Source: Deltaproteobacteria bacterium (GTDB lineage: Bacteria > Myxococcota > Kuafuiibacteriia > Kuafuiibacteriales > Kuafuiibacteriaceae). From it: DNA of 64,000 bases. Location of the stretch: positions 256,001 through 320,000 of the forward strand of contig JAVJQW010000042.1 of the NCBI GenBank assembly GCA_040218735.1, read 5' to 3'. This document shows, piece after piece, positions 17,937 through 27,703 of this stretch. The notes under the pieces were generated by a model. It saw only the letters and a program-made list of their open reading frames with translations, ran no database searches and was not told the origin of the DNA. Position 1 is the stretch's first letter, and the number at the start of each line of letters is the position of its first letter. A program made the translations under genes and the position numbers.

Positions 17937-18767
17937 TCAGAAGATCGACGGCCGCTCCTGCCGTCGGTGGTCGATCATCGACTGAATGCGATCCATGACG
18001 TCGCGGACCTTCTTGTCGATCACCTCGTCCTCGTCGTCGAACGGGCCTTCGAAGTGCATCGGCTCGCCGAAGTCGATGTAGAACTTCGTCGGCAGCGGGA
18101 TGTACGCGAGCGGCCCGAGGATCGGGAGCAGCGGGTGGATCGGGAAGTACGGCGTGCCGAGCAGATCCGCGAGGGTCTTGGCGTTGTGCACGCTGACGAT
18201 CGACTCCTCCGCGCCGACGACGGACACCGGAACGATCGGCGCGTTGGTCTGGAGCGCGAGCCGCATGAAGCCGCGCCCGAACGGGACGAGTCGATACCGG
18301 TGGTCCCAGGTCTTGCCGCTGCCGCGTGCGCCCTCCGGGAAGACGAGGATCGCGTTCTCCTGCTCGAGCAGGTTGCGGCAGTTGATCGGGTCGCCGACGA
18401 CGACCCCCGAGCGCGAGAACATCACGTTGATGAACGGGAGCGTCGGGAACCAGCGCTCGGCCATCGCGCGCGCGAGGCGCGGCGGTTTGCCTTCGAGGAC
18501 ACACGCCATCCCGACCACGAGGCCGTCCATCGGGAGCTGGCCGGAGTGGTTCGGTACGAGGAGCACGCGCCCCTCCGGTATGTTCTCGATGCCGCGGATC
18601 TCGGGGTGGAAGTAGCGGTAGAGGAAGTACGCGAGCTTGGTGAACGGGCGGATCTCGGCGGGGTTGAAGCCCCAGGCGTCGTAGCCGGGGTTGTCGGCGA
18701 CGAGTGCGTCGATCGCCGCGTCGAGCTTCGGATTCTCGAGCCACTTCGCGAGCCGGTCGCGGATCAT
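17937..18767 (-). CDS. Lysophospholipid/1-acyl-G3P acyltransferase (PlsC family)
   Basis: NHSGQLPMD (HX4D), VFPEGARG, PIVPVSVVG. Start taken at MIRDRL (ATG 18767). Confidence 0.85.
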   Translation of the reverse strand: MIRDRLAKWLENPKLDAAIDALVADNPGYDAWGFNPAEIRPFTKLAYFLYRYFHPEIRGIENIPEGRVLLVPNHSGQLPMDGLVVGMACVLEGKPPRLARAMAERWFPTLPFINVMFSRSGVVVGDPINCRNLLEQENAILVFPEGARGSGKTWDHRYRLVPFGRGFMRLALQTNAPIVPVSVVGAEESIVSVHNAKTLADLLGTPYFPIHPLLPILGPLAYIPLPTKFYIDFGEPMHFEGPFDDEDEVIDKKVRDVMDRIQSMIDHRRQERPSIF

Positions 18768-18806
18768 CGGCGCGCATGATGGCACACAACGTGGCATCGT
18801 TGGGGC

Positions 18807-19331
18807 GTGGCGCGGTTGTTTGTGGCGATCGTTCCGCCGGACGACGTGAAGGACGCGGCGGCCGCCTTTCCCGCGTCCGAGCCCGGTGTCCGCCTCGCGC
18901 GCCGCGAGCAGCTGCACGTGACGCTGCGCTTCGCCAGTGAGTTCCCGGACGAGCGAATCGCGTCGTTGAAGGAGCGCCTCCGGAGGATCGAGCATCCCGC
19001 CTTCGCGCTGACGGTCGGACCGTGGGGACGCTTCGGTCATCGCACCGCGTGGCTCGGCGTCGCCCCGGAGGCGCCGGTGATCGCGCTCGCCGACGCGGTC
19101 GACGCCGCCTTCCGCGCCGAAGGAACGCCGCGGCGTGAGTTGCCGTTTCGTCCGCACCTGACGGTGGCGCGTTTGACGAAGCTGTCGCCCGTGAAGGCGC
19201 GGCAACTCTTGGAGTCCGCGCCGCCGTTGCCCGAGCTTCGGTGGGACGTCGGCGCGTTCGTGCTGGTGCAGAGCACGTTGTCACCCGACGGCGCGACGCA
19301 CACGCCACTGCTCGAGGTGCCCTTGCGATGA
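18807..19331 (+). CDS. thpR: RNA 2',3'-cyclic phosphodiesterase (2H family)
   Basis: RLFVAI start; HVTL and PHLTVAR 2H motifs. Confidence 0.88.
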   Translation: MARLFVAIVPPDDVKDAAAAFPASEPGVRLARREQLHVTLRFASEFPDERIASLKERLRRIEHPAFALTVGPWGRFGHRTAWLGVAPEAPVIALADAVDAAFRAEGTPRRELPFRPHLTVARLTKLSPVKARQLLESAPPLPELRWDVGAFVLVQSTLSPDGATHTPLLEVPLR

Positions 19332-20089
19332 AGGCGCTCGTTCGCCGTCGTCAGGACGAGCTCCCCAAGGCGTTGCGGGTGCGGATGCCCTTCGTCGTGG
19401 AGCGCGAATTCGCGCCGCCGCCGGTGCTCCCGGAGATCCTTCGCAAGGCGGCTTACGCTCTGTCGGGTGCGTTCGTCACGGGGCTGGTGTTGCTCATGAC
19501 TTCGCCGCTTCGTTACGGCCGCTACGGGTCGATTCTGCTGATGGTGGGGGCCGGGTGTGTCGGCCTGGGTTTCGTCGCGCGGAGCCTGCGCGCGCTCCCG
19601 CGCGTCGCGGTCGGGAGCGCGCGGGCCTGGGAGCGGGACTACCTCACGCTCGAGGCGAAGCCGATCGCGTCGTTGCTCGGCGAGGACGAGTACGTCCTCG
19701 ACTACTGCGCGGTCTCGGGAGACCGCGCCGGCCGCTTCGGGCGAACGCGCATCTACATGCTCACGAGCTTCCGCGTCCTCGAGATCGGGGGCACGGGTCG
19801 GCGGCTCCGCGTGACGCAGAGCCTCGCGCTCCGCGGCCTGCGTTCGGTCGAGGTCGACCGCGCGCGGACCGGCATCCTCACGCTCGAAGCCGTCGAGTCC
19901 CAGCGCGACGTCACCCTCGCGTTCCCTTCCCTGACCGAGGCCTACCTCGCACGCGACGCGATCCGCGAAGCCCGACGCAACGTCCCCGTCGCCGAGCCGG
20001 GCGCGCTCGCTGTCGTCGAAGCCGAAGGCGTCGGAGCCCTCGCGCTCGCCGATGCCTCGGGGCTCGCGCTCTCCGAGGAGGACACGTGA
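19328..20089 (+). CDS. Two-TM membrane protein with PH-like cytoplasmic domain (paralog 1)
   Basis: ATGA overlap with thpR. Two hydrophobic helices, E-YVLDYCAV...YMLTSFRVL pattern, GALA-repeat acidic tail. Confidence 0.55.
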   Translation: MKALVRRRQDELPKALRVRMPFVVEREFAPPPVLPEILRKAAYALSGAFVTGLVLLMTSPLRYGRYGSILLMVGAGCVGLGFVARSLRALPRVAVGSARAWERDYLTLEAKPIASLLGEDEYVLDYCAVSGDRAGRFGRTRIYMLTSFRVLEIGGTGRRLRVTQSLALRGLRSVEVDRARTGILTLEAVESQRDVTLAFPSLTEAYLARDAIREARRNVPVAEPGALAVVEAEGVGALALADASGLALSEEDT

Positions 20090-20877
20090 CCGACGCGTTC
20101 ACCGAGCCCACGAACGTGGCCCTCGCGAAGCGGCTCGCGCTCGTGGTGCGGCGCGAGAACGTCGACGTCCCGAAGGGCGTCGCGCAGCTGCAGAAGGTTG
20201 CGATCGGGACGGTCGGGGTCTTCGTCGTCGGGATGGCGGCGCTGTTCGGGCTGCCCGAGCTCCTCCACCCCATCGCGCCGTACGTCGGCGCGTCGGGGGT
20301 CGTCGCGATCGTGCTGGGCGTCGTCGCCGTGAACACCACGCGGAGGAACGGCGCGGCGGTGCGGCGCGCGCGCGATTGGGAGGCGCACTTCATCCGTACC
20401 CACGGTGCCGGCCTCCTGGAGCGGCTCGGCGCGCACGAGCGAGTGCTCGACTACTGCGCCGTCGTCCGGGGCGACGCGCGCCGGTACGCCCCCTTCGGTC
20501 TCTTCGTTCTCACCAACGCGCGGCTCCTCGTGTTCGTCGGGACCTCGCGTCTGTCCGTCGACACCAACATCGCCCTGCGTACGGTGCAGAGCCTCTACGC
20601 CGGTCCCCTGGGCACCCTGGAGGACGCGGGTGACTTCCTCGACCTCAAGCGCGGCACCGGGATGCTGGCCATCGAACACGGTGTCCGCCGACGCCTCGTG
20701 CTCCTCTTCCCGACCCCCGGCGAGGCCCAAACGGCCTACGACGTCATCCTCGAGGTCCAGCGAAACGCCCCCGTCGCCGAGCGGGGTGCGCTGGCGATCG
20801 CGGAGCCGGACGGCGCCGGTGAGCTGGCGCTCGTGGACGCCCCCGGCCTCGCCGTCGTCGACGACGAAGACCCCTAG
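20086..20877 (+). CDS. Two-TM membrane protein with PH-like domain (paralog 2)
   Basis: GTGA overlap with the upstream gene. Shares AR.WE, VLDYCAV, LT..R.L, L.FP and RN.PVAE.GALA with paralog 1. Confidence 0.55.
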   Translation: MTDAFTEPTNVALAKRLALVVRRENVDVPKGVAQLQKVAIGTVGVFVVGMAALFGLPELLHPIAPYVGASGVVAIVLGVVAVNTTRRNGAAVRRARDWEAHFIRTHGAGLLERLGAHERVLDYCAVVRGDARRYAPFGLFVLTNARLLVFVGTSRLSVDTNIALRTVQSLYAGPLGTLEDAGDFLDLKRGTGMLAIEHGVRRRLVLLFPTPGEAQTAYDVILEVQRNAPVAERGALAIAEPDGAGELALVDAPGLAVVDDEDP

Positions 20878-20941
20878 GCCACCGAAACGACACCGAGCTC
20901 GACGCACCGGTCACGCCATCTCGCCGATAACCAGCGCCACT

Positions 20942-21778
20942 ATGTCCCAGGTCATCGGCGGCGCCGGGCGCGTCAAAGGGTTCGTCTTCGAGACGCCGTC
21001 GGGCGAGCGGCGCCTCTCGGCGACCGTGGACTTCGACGATCGCGCGGTCTGGGCGCGCCGCTCGGACTTCGACGGGCGCGAGGTCGTCACCGTCGAGGCC
21101 CCGGGAGCGAACGGACCCTGGCGCTCCATTCCCACGACGTACCGCGGGACCAGCCCCTCGCTGCGGGATCTGCACGCCGCCACCGTGGACCTCGGGCGCG
21201 CCGGCATCGACGTCGCGTCGCTCCTCCGCTACGGCCTCGCCGCGACCGCCACGGTCCGCGGCCCGATCCGCGGTGCGGAGATCGTTCATCTCCAGCGCTA
21301 CGCCGACAACGCGCGGGTCTACGACGTCGGGCGCGTCGACGACCACGGAATCGCGTTCGCCGGGCGCCCCGCGATGAACCGCATCAGCGGAACGCATCAC
21401 ATGCGCCAGCCGCTCTTCGACGGCACGCGCGTCGGGTTCTCGTCACGTGACTTCGGCGTCCCCGCGAACCTCCGGTTCGAGATGGACGTGTTCGCGCCGG
21501 CCGTCACCCCGCACTACGGCCTGAGCGACGCCGACAAGGCCCAGGCGATCCGCGACATGAACCTACGCGTCGAGTCGCCGTTCGTGCCCGGCGGCTCGCA
21601 GCCCCTGCAGTACGTGAACAACGTCGGCCCCCAGGGCAACGACTTCCGCGTGATGTTCCAGCTCGCGGATCCGAACCTCCTCCAGAACGGCGGCCCGCGC
21701 ACCGGCGAGTATCCGGTGCGTCTGATGGCCGGCGATCGGCAGGTCGCGAGCTTCACCCTGGACTGGCGCAACGGCTGA
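20942..21778 (+). CDS. Hypothetical protein (beta-rich, two-domain)
   Basis: High-GC3 coding frame from ATG 20942; no family recognised. Confidence 0.55.
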   Translation: MSQVIGGAGRVKGFVFETPSGERRLSATVDFDDRAVWARRSDFDGREVVTVEAPGANGPWRSIPTTYRGTSPSLRDLHAATVDLGRAGIDVASLLRYGLAATATVRGPIRGAEIVHLQRYADNARVYDVGRVDDHGIAFAGRPAMNRISGTHHMRQPLFDGTRVGFSSRDFGVPANLRFEMDVFAPAVTPHYGLSDADKAQAIRDMNLRVESPFVPGGSQPLQYVNNVGPQGNDFRVMFQLADPNLLQNGGPRTGEYPVRLMAGDRQVASFTLDWRNG

Positions 21779-22439
21779 GTCGTCGCTCCCGCAAGGGAAC
21801 TTGCACGGGGCGGACCTCGCCGTCGATCACATCGAACACCGTCGGGTCGCGTTCACACTCCCACGTCGTCACGTTCAGGAACCACGTCGAGCCGTTGGTC
21901 CACGCGCCGCCGTCCTGATGGATGTGCCCGAACAGGTGTGCGCGCGGCTTCGTGCGCTGAACGGCGGTGAGCAGCTCCTCACACCCGGTGCGCCCCGCCA
22001 TCGAGACGCGGTCCCCGATCCCGAACGGTGGGCCGTGGGTGATCAACACGTGCAGGTCGTTCGGGATCCGATCCCACTTCGCGGCGAGCGCGTCCCCGCG
22101 CGGGAGGTTGAACGCCCAGCCGCCGAACTCCGGCTGCCACGGGCTCCCCCAGAAGCGCACGCCGTCGAGTGTGCACCCCGAGTCCTGCAGGTAGATCACC
22201 TCCGGACCGAGGACCGCCTCCGCCTGTTTGCGTTCGCGCGCGAAGCACCAGTCGTGGTTCCCGGAGACGACGATCTTGTGCCGGTGCGGGAGCGCGCGGA
22301 TCCACCGCGCGACGCCCTCCAGCTCTTCGAGCGTCCCGGCGCGGATGAGATCGCCGGCGTGCACGAACACGTCGCCGTCCGGGACGTCGGCGAGGTCGTC
22401 TTCGAACGTGTGGGTGTCCGCGACGGCGACGATGCGCAC
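21753..22439 (-). CDS. Metallophosphoesterase (MPPED/239FB-like)
   Basis: DTH, HAGD, GNHD, THGPP and FGHIH motifs. Confidence 0.88.
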   Translation of the reverse strand: MRIVAVADTHTFEDDLADVPDGDVFVHAGDLIRAGTLEELEGVARWIRALPHRHKIVVSGNHDWCFARERKQAEAVLGPEVIYLQDSGCTLDGVRFWGSPWQPEFGGWAFNLPRGDALAAKWDRIPNDLHVLITHGPPFGIGDRVSMAGRTGCEELLTAVQRTKPRAHLFGHIHQDGGAWTNGSTWFLNVTTWECERDPTVFDVIDGEVRPVQVPLRERRLSRCASPG

Positions 22440-22443
22440 TTGT

Positions 22444-23268
22444 CTATAGTAGCGCGTCGAAGTCGGAGGCGGAGTGCCGTTCCGCCAGCCCGTGGTCCTT
22501 ACGGTTCACGCGCCGTCCGCGCCGAACGGCGGGGCGCTCCGCGACCTGGTCGGCCCAGCGGATGACGTGTTCGTAGCCCGCGACGTCCAGGAACTCCGCG
22601 GCGTCGTACACCTTCCCCTTCACGAGCCCGCCGTACCAAGGCCAGATCGCCATGTCCGCGATCGAGTACTCCGCGCCCGCGAAGTACTCGTTCTCGGCGA
22701 GGTGACGGTCGAGCACGTCGAGCTGCCGTTTGGCCTCCATCGCGTAGCGGTCGATCGGGTACTGGAGCTTCTCCGGCGCGTACCGGTAGAAGTGCCCGAA
22801 CCCGCCGCCGATGAACGGCCCCGCGCCCATCTGCCAGAACAGCCAGTTGAGGCACTCGGTGCGTCGGTCCTTCGGGATGAACGCGTCGAACTTCTCGGCG
22901 AGGTACAACAGGATCGAGCCGGACTCGAACACACGCGTCGGCGGTGACGTGCTGTGGTCCATCAAGCCGGGGATCTTCGAGTTCGGGTTCACGTCGACGA
23001 AGCCGCTTCCGAACTGGTCCCCCGCGTTGATGTCGATGAGCCACGCGTCGTACTCCGCTCCCTCACGTCCGATGGCGAGGAGCTCCTCGAGCATCACCGT
23101 GACCTTCACGCCGTTGGGCGTGCCGAGTGAGTAGAGCTGCAGCGGGTGCTCGCCGATCGGGAGCTCCTTGTCGTGGGTGGCCCCGGCGATGGGGCGGTTG
23201 ATCTTCGCGAACACACCTCCGGACTCACGGTCCCAGGTCCAGACGCGGGGCGGGGTATAGGCCGACAT
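22444..23268 (-). CDS. yghU: Glutathione-dependent disulfide-bond oxidoreductase (nu-class GST)
   Basis: YTPPRVWTW, INRPIAGATHDKELP, LYSLGTPNGVKV, NPNSKIP, WLFWQMG. Confidence 0.9.
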   Translation of the reverse strand: MSAYTPPRVWTWDRESGGVFAKINRPIAGATHDKELPIGEHPLQLYSLGTPNGVKVTVMLEELLAIGREGAEYDAWLIDINAGDQFGSGFVDVNPNSKIPGLMDHSTSPPTRVFESGSILLYLAEKFDAFIPKDRRTECLNWLFWQMGAGPFIGGGFGHFYRYAPEKLQYPIDRYAMEAKRQLDVLDRHLAENEYFAGAEYSIADMAIWPWYGGLVKGKVYDAAEFLDVAGYEHVIRWADQVAERPAVRRGRRVNRKDHGLAERHSASDFDALL

Positions 23269-23320
23269 GTCGGCGACAACACCCCGAACGTCGATTGCCT
23301 TCCCATCCTCCAGGACGCGG

Positions 23321-24583
23321 TCAGGCGGTCGGTGCCGCGGGGAGCTCAACGCGGATCGCGAGGCCCGGATCGAGGTTTCGCGCCGTGATGTGTCCGCCGT
23401 GCAGGTCGACGACCTGCCGCGCGATCATCAGGCCCAGGCCCAGCCCCGTGGCGCTCTTCTTGCCGCCGGGGCTCCGGTAGAAGGGCTCGAAGAGGCGCGC
23501 CAGATCCTCTGGCGGGACCCCAGGGCCCTCGTCGCGAATCTCGAACGACGTCCCCTCCAACACGATCGTCACCTTCGTCCCGCGCGGCGCGTACTTGTTC
23601 GCGTTCTGCAGCAGGTTCTGCACGAGGCGGACGAGCCGAGGCCGATCCCCGCGGATGGCGCCGCCCTCACCCTCGATGGTCAGCTCGTGTTTCGGGAGGG
23701 GGTGGCGTTGGAGCGCCTCGTCGACGATGTCGCGTATATTGAGTGGAGCGCGCTCCAGCGTGCGCTCGCCGAGCTGCAAACGCGACATCTCCAGCAGCTC
23801 GCCGATCAGGCGGTCGACCTCTGCGAGGTCTTCCTCCATCGCATCGATCCGCTTCGACGGGACCTCGTGATCGCGGAGCATCTCCAGCTCCAACCGCAGC
23901 CGCGCGAGCGGCGTGCGGAGCTCGTGGGAGATGCCGGCCATCAGCTCGCGCTCGGTGCGAAGGAGGGCGTCCACGCGGTCCGCCATCTTGTTGAACGCGT
24001 GCGCCACCTCGGCGAGCTCACGGCCTCCGGTCTCCGGCAGACGGTGTGACAGATCGCCGCCCGCCATGCGCTCCATCGCGCCGACGGTGGTCCTCAGCGG
24101 ACGCGTCGCGATCGTCGCGGCGTAGATTGCAACGAGGATCACGAACCCCGCGATCGCCAGGAGCACCCAGCCCACGCGCTGTTGCGGCTGCTCGACGTCG
24201 AGGTCGCGACGCACCACCACCCAGCCGACGCTGGTCTCGACCGCCGCCGGCGCCAGGCGTCCGCGACACACGAACAAATGACGCTCGCGGTGCGTCCGCT
24301 CTTCGCACCGCGGATGAGGACGGTCGCGCCGCGGCTTTCGACGGACGAACCGCGGCGGGCGGTGTCGGACGCGGATGTCGAGGCCGAGGCGGCGCCCCAG
24401 CTCCGCGGCGTCGCCGCCCTTCTCCAGCTCGTCGGCGACGTAGGTGACTTGGTCGAGGTGGGCCTCCAGCACCTCGCGCGCGAACGGCGCGATCACCGCG
24501 CGGCGCGTGACGAACCAGGCGATGAACAGACTCGTCGCGACCGCCAACGCGAGGAGGAGCGCGAGCCGGACGCGGACGCTCAT
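23321..24583 (-). CDS. HAMP-domain sensor histidine kinase (CpxA-like)
   Basis: Two TMs, HAMP domain, ISHELRTPL, NLLQNANKY, DEGPG, GLGLGL. Confidence 0.9.
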   Translation of the reverse strand: MSVRVRLALLLALAVATSLFIAWFVTRRAVIAPFAREVLEAHLDQVTYVADELEKGGDAAELGRRLGLDIRVRHRPPRFVRRKPRRDRPHPRCEERTHRERHLFVCRGRLAPAAVETSVGWVVVRRDLDVEQPQQRVGWVLLAIAGFVILVAIYAATIATRPLRTTVGAMERMAGGDLSHRLPETGGRELAEVAHAFNKMADRVDALLRTERELMAGISHELRTPLARLRLELEMLRDHEVPSKRIDAMEEDLAEVDRLIGELLEMSRLQLGERTLERAPLNIRDIVDEALQRHPLPKHELTIEGEGGAIRGDRPRLVRLVQNLLQNANKYAPRGTKVTIVLEGTSFEIRDEGPGVPPEDLARLFEPFYRSPGGKKSATGLGLGLMIARQVVDLHGGHITARNLDPGLAIRVELPAAPTA

Positions 24584-25266
24584 GCCGGCGCCTTCGGCAT
24601 CGTGTAACCGACGCCGCGCACCGTCTTCACGTAGGTCGGGTTCTTCGGATCGTCGCCGAGCTTCTTGCGGATGTGGCTGACGTGCACGTCGACGCTGCGC
24701 TCGAACGACGCGTACTCGTCGCCGCGCGCGAGCTCCATCAAACGTTCGCGCGGGATGATGCGCCCCGCGTTGGCCGCGAGCGTGCGGAGGATCTCGAACT
24801 CTGTCGTGGTGAGCTCGACGTAGGTGCCGTCGAGGTGGACCTCGCGTCGATCGACGTCGACGCGCAGCGCGCCGAGCTCGAGCAAACTGCTCGGCGCGGC
24901 GGAGGCGTCGGTGCGGCGGAGCACCGCCTGGATGCGCGCGAGGAGCTCGCGCGGGTTGAAGGGTTTGGGCATGTAGTCGTCGGCGCCGATCTCCAGCCCG
25001 ACGATGCGGTCCATCTCGTCGCCGCGTGCGGTGAGCATGATGACGGGCGTGCGCGAGAACTTGCGGAGCTCGCGCACGACCTCGAACCCGTCGAGGCCCG
25101 GCATCATCACGTCGAGGACCACGAGATCCACCGCTTCACCGCGTAGGCGCGCGAGGCCGTCTTCGCCGTCCTCGGCGGTGACCACCGCGAAGCCCCGACC
25201 TTCGAGGTACTCGGCGACGAGCGACCGCAGCCGCTCGTCGTCGTCGACGACGAGGATCTTCTTCAC
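24580..25266 (-). CDS. OmpR/CpxR-family response regulator
   Basis: VVDDD, LDVMMP, KPFNPRELLAR, winged-helix RSVDVHVSHIRKKL...TVRGVGY. Confidence 0.92.
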   Translation of the reverse strand: MKKILVVDDDERLRSLVAEYLEGRGFAVVTAEDGEDGLARLRGEAVDLVVLDVMMPGLDGFEVVRELRKFSRTPVIMLTARGDEMDRIVGLEIGADDYMPKPFNPRELLARIQAVLRRTDASAAPSSLLELGALRVDVDRREVHLDGTYVELTTTEFEILRTLAANAGRIIPRERLMELARGDEYASFERSVDVHVSHIRKKLGDDPKNPTYVKTVRGVGYTMPKAPA

Positions 25267-25277
25267 GTCTTCGCGTC

Positions 25278-25772
25278 TTACTCCCCAATGGCGCCGCGGT
25301 CACGTCGTCCGCGTCGTTCGGCGCGGCGCTCGAGACGCTTGCCGAGCTTCTCGCGCTGTTCGGGGGTGAAGGTGGCGTGCAGCTCCAGGAACTTGTCGAT
25401 CGCCGCGTGGGTCATCTTGCTCATGCGCGCGAGCATCTGGTCGGCGATGCCGTGGAGCTTCGCAGCGTCGGGGGTGGGTTTGGCGAGCTCGGTCGCGACG
25501 GCCTTCATCTGCGCCGGGCGGTCGACCTTGCCGGCCTGCATCTCTTCCTTCATCTGGTGGCGGAGGCGGACGGCCTTCACCTCCTGCTCTTCGGTGAGGT
25601 CGAGGTGTCGGACCATGCGCATCAGGCGGAAGCCGAGGCCGGGGCCGCCGCCGGGCCCGCCGCGGCGACCCTTGTGCGGGCCGGCGAGGGCGACGCCGCC
25701 GAGCGCGAGCGCGCCGACGACGGAAGCAACGATGAGGAGGTGTTTCTTGGAGGGGGAGGGGGTGCCGTTCAT
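25278..25772 (-). CDS. Spy/CpxP-family periplasmic chaperone
   Basis: Signal peptide; LDLTEEQ and FTPEQRE (LTxxQ) motifs; upstream of the RR-HK pair. Alternative start at 25781. Confidence 0.8.
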   Translation of the reverse strand: MNGTPSPSKKHLLIVASVVGALALGGVALAGPHKGRRGGPGGGPGLGFRLMRMVRHLDLTEEQEVKAVRLRHQMKEEMQAGKVDRPAQMKAVATELAKPTPDAAKLHGIADQMLARMSKMTHAAIDKFLELHATFTPEQREKLGKRLERRAERRGRRDRGAIGE

Positions 25773-25829
25773 GACGAACATTCAACACCCAAACGCGGGC
25801 GGGAGGGGCCGAAGAAGGGCGACCGATCG

Positions 25830-26591
25830 TCAAGGTTTGTTAAGGGTCAGGATCTCCGCGCCGTCCGGTCCGACGTAGACCGTGTGCTCGGCCTGCGCCG
25901 ACAGGCTCCCGTCGTCGGTGACGACCGTCCAGTCGTCGCCGAGGACGCGGACGTCCGCGCCGCCGAGGTTCACCATGGGTTCGATCGTGAAGACCATGCC
26001 TTCGCGCAACCGCAACCCGCGGCCCGCCTTGCCGTGATGCGGGACGTGCGGCGCCTCGTGCATGGTGCGGCCGATGCCGTGCCCGCCGTAGTCGCGGACC
26101 ACGCTGCACCCCTCGCGCTCGACGAACGCCTGGATGGCGGCGCCGATGTCACCGAGCCGCGCGCCCGGGCGCACCTGCGCGATGCCGATCATGAGCGCCT
26201 CCTTCGCCACGCGGACCACGTGTTCGGCGTCCGGCGAGGGGGTCCCGACGAAGAACATGGTCGAGGTGTCTCCGCAGTAGCCGTCGAGCTCGGTGGTGCA
26301 GTCGATGTTGATGATGTCGCCGTCCTCGAGGACGACGTCGGGGGAGGGGATGCCGTGGCAGACGACGTGGTTCACGCTCGTGCAAACGGCTGCGGGGAAC
26401 CCGTGGTAGCCGAGCTGCGTGGGGCGCCCGCCCCGCGCGGCGGTGTCCTTGCGGACGAGGGTGTCGATCTGCGCCGTGGTGAGGCCGGGGCGCACCGCGG
26501 CGCCCGCCGCGTAGAGCGTCGAGGCTGCGGCGCGGCCGGCGGCGCGCAGGCGGCGTCGGGCGTCTTCGGTGTTGTGCAGCTCGATCGCCAC
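25830..26591 (-). CDS. map: Type I methionine aminopeptidase
   Basis: [41 protein letters not shown]. Start taken at GTG 26591. Confidence 0.92.
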   Translation of the reverse strand: MAIELHNTEDARRRLRAAGRAAASTLYAAGAAVRPGLTTAQIDTLVRKDTAARGGRPTQLGYHGFPAAVCTSVNHVVCHGIPSPDVVLEDGDIINIDCTTELDGYCGDTSTMFFVGTPSPDAEHVVRVAKEALMIGIAQVRPGARLGDIGAAIQAFVEREGCSVVRDYGGHGIGRTMHEAPHVPHHGKAGRGLRLREGMVFTIEPMVNLGGADVRVLGDDWTVVTDDGSLSAQAEHTVYVGPDGAEILTLNKP

Positions 26592-26626
26592 GGGAGCAGG
26601 TTCGGCGGGCGGGCGGATGGGGTCCA

Positions 26627-26641
26627 ATACCGATGCGGTAT
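26627..26641. promoter_or_regulatory. LysR-type binding site ATAC-N7-GTAT
   Basis: ATACCGATGCGGTAT: a 6-bp-arm palindrome with T-N11-A, between the divergent map and LysR genes. Matches the BenM/CatM consensus. Confidence 0.7.
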
Positions 26642-26658
26642 CGTGTAGCTTGGAGCGC

Positions 26659-26973
26659 GTGAGCCTCGACCAGATTCGGTACTTCGTCGCCGTCGCCGAG
26701 GAGCAGAACCTCACCCGCGCCGCCGCGCGGCTTCACATCAGCCAGCCCCCGCTCACGCGACAGATTCGCGCGCTCGAAGACGAGCTCGGATCGAATCTAT
26801 TCGAGCGAACGCCCCGCGGGATGTCGTTGCTCCCCGCCGGACGGAAGTTTCTCGGACACGCACGACTCATCCTCGACGAAGTCGAGCGCGCGCGTGCCTC
26901 GGTCGGATCACTCCGTGGGGAGGACGTCGTAGAGGCGGGCGTGGATCTCGAACCGCGAGACGTCGGCGCCTAG
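26659..26973 (+). CDS. LysR-family regulator, DNA-binding domain only
   Basis: [47 protein letters not shown]. Ends after ~104 aa with no effector domain. Confidence 0.8.
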   Translation: MSLDQIRYFVAVAEEQNLTRAAARLHISQPPLTRQIRALEDELGSNLFERTPRGMSLLPAGRKFLGHARLILDEVERARASVGSLRGEDVVEAGVDLEPRDVGA

Positions 26974-27621
26974 GGCGGCGATCGCAGCGCGGGTCGCGTC
27001 GATGTCTTCGACGCCGGTCAGGACGAGCCGGTACTTCGGCGCGATGTCACTCTTCGTGTACCCCGCGATCGTCCGGAAGAAGACGTCGTTCGGGGCCTGA
27101 GCGGTCGACAGATCCAGGATGGCCTTCGAGGCCCCCGCCGCGGCGCACTCCGCGAACAGGCGGCCCGCGATCGCGTCGATGGTGTCGGCGAGCATCGGGC
27201 CGACGATCCAACCCACGACGGCGCCCGGCACTCGGAGCACCGGCGTCGACGTTCGCAGCATCTTGTTCTGGCGCGTCTCGAGGCGCTCGGTCGTCCCGAG
27301 CGCGTGGGCGTCGGCGATGATCTTCACGAGCTCGCGGACCCGCCCCGCGAAGCGGTGGTCGGGACCGAGCACGTCAGCGAGGAGCAGCGGCTGGAGGATC
27401 GCCGCGGACGCCGGCCGCCCCTCCTGTCCGAGGCGTCGGCCGTGCATGGCGCAGAGGCGGTACAGGTCACCCTCGGCGCTGCTGTCACCTTCGGTCGCGC
27501 GCTCCAGCAGCTCCAGCCACCCGGCGAACTCCGAAGCCACGGCTTCGGCGCCGGCCATCGTGACCCGAGCGGCCGCGAGCCGCTCCAGCCAGGCGGTGAG
27601 GGTGAGGTCGTCCGTTGCCAA
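26908..27621 (-). CDS. RsbR/STAS-like protein (degenerate)
   Basis: Helical N-terminus followed by STPVLRV...IVGPM...AILDLS, the RsbR linker-STAS pattern. Start uncertain. Confidence 0.5.
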   Translation of the reverse strand: MATDDLTLTAWLERLAAARVTMAGAEAVASEFAGWLELLERATEGDSSAEGDLYRLCAMHGRRLGQEGRPASAAILQPLLLADVLGPDHRFAGRVRELVKIIADAHALGTTERLETRQNKMLRTSTPVLRVPGAVVGWIVGPMLADTIDAIAGRLFAECAAAGASKAILDLSTAQAPNDVFFRTIAGYTKSDIAPKYRLVLTGVEDIDATRAAIAALGADVSRFEIHARLYDVLPTE

Positions 27622-27703
27622 CCCGAATACCCTGGCACGCACGACGCGCGGTTCCAAGCGGACTTGACCGGCGGCGGCCCCTGCGGCGACTTCACCGGGC
27701 GCC

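Noticed and set aside
27633-27647. TGGCACG-N4-ACGC sigma-54-like site upstream of gshB
   Set aside because: The -12 element lacks TTGC and there is no other support.
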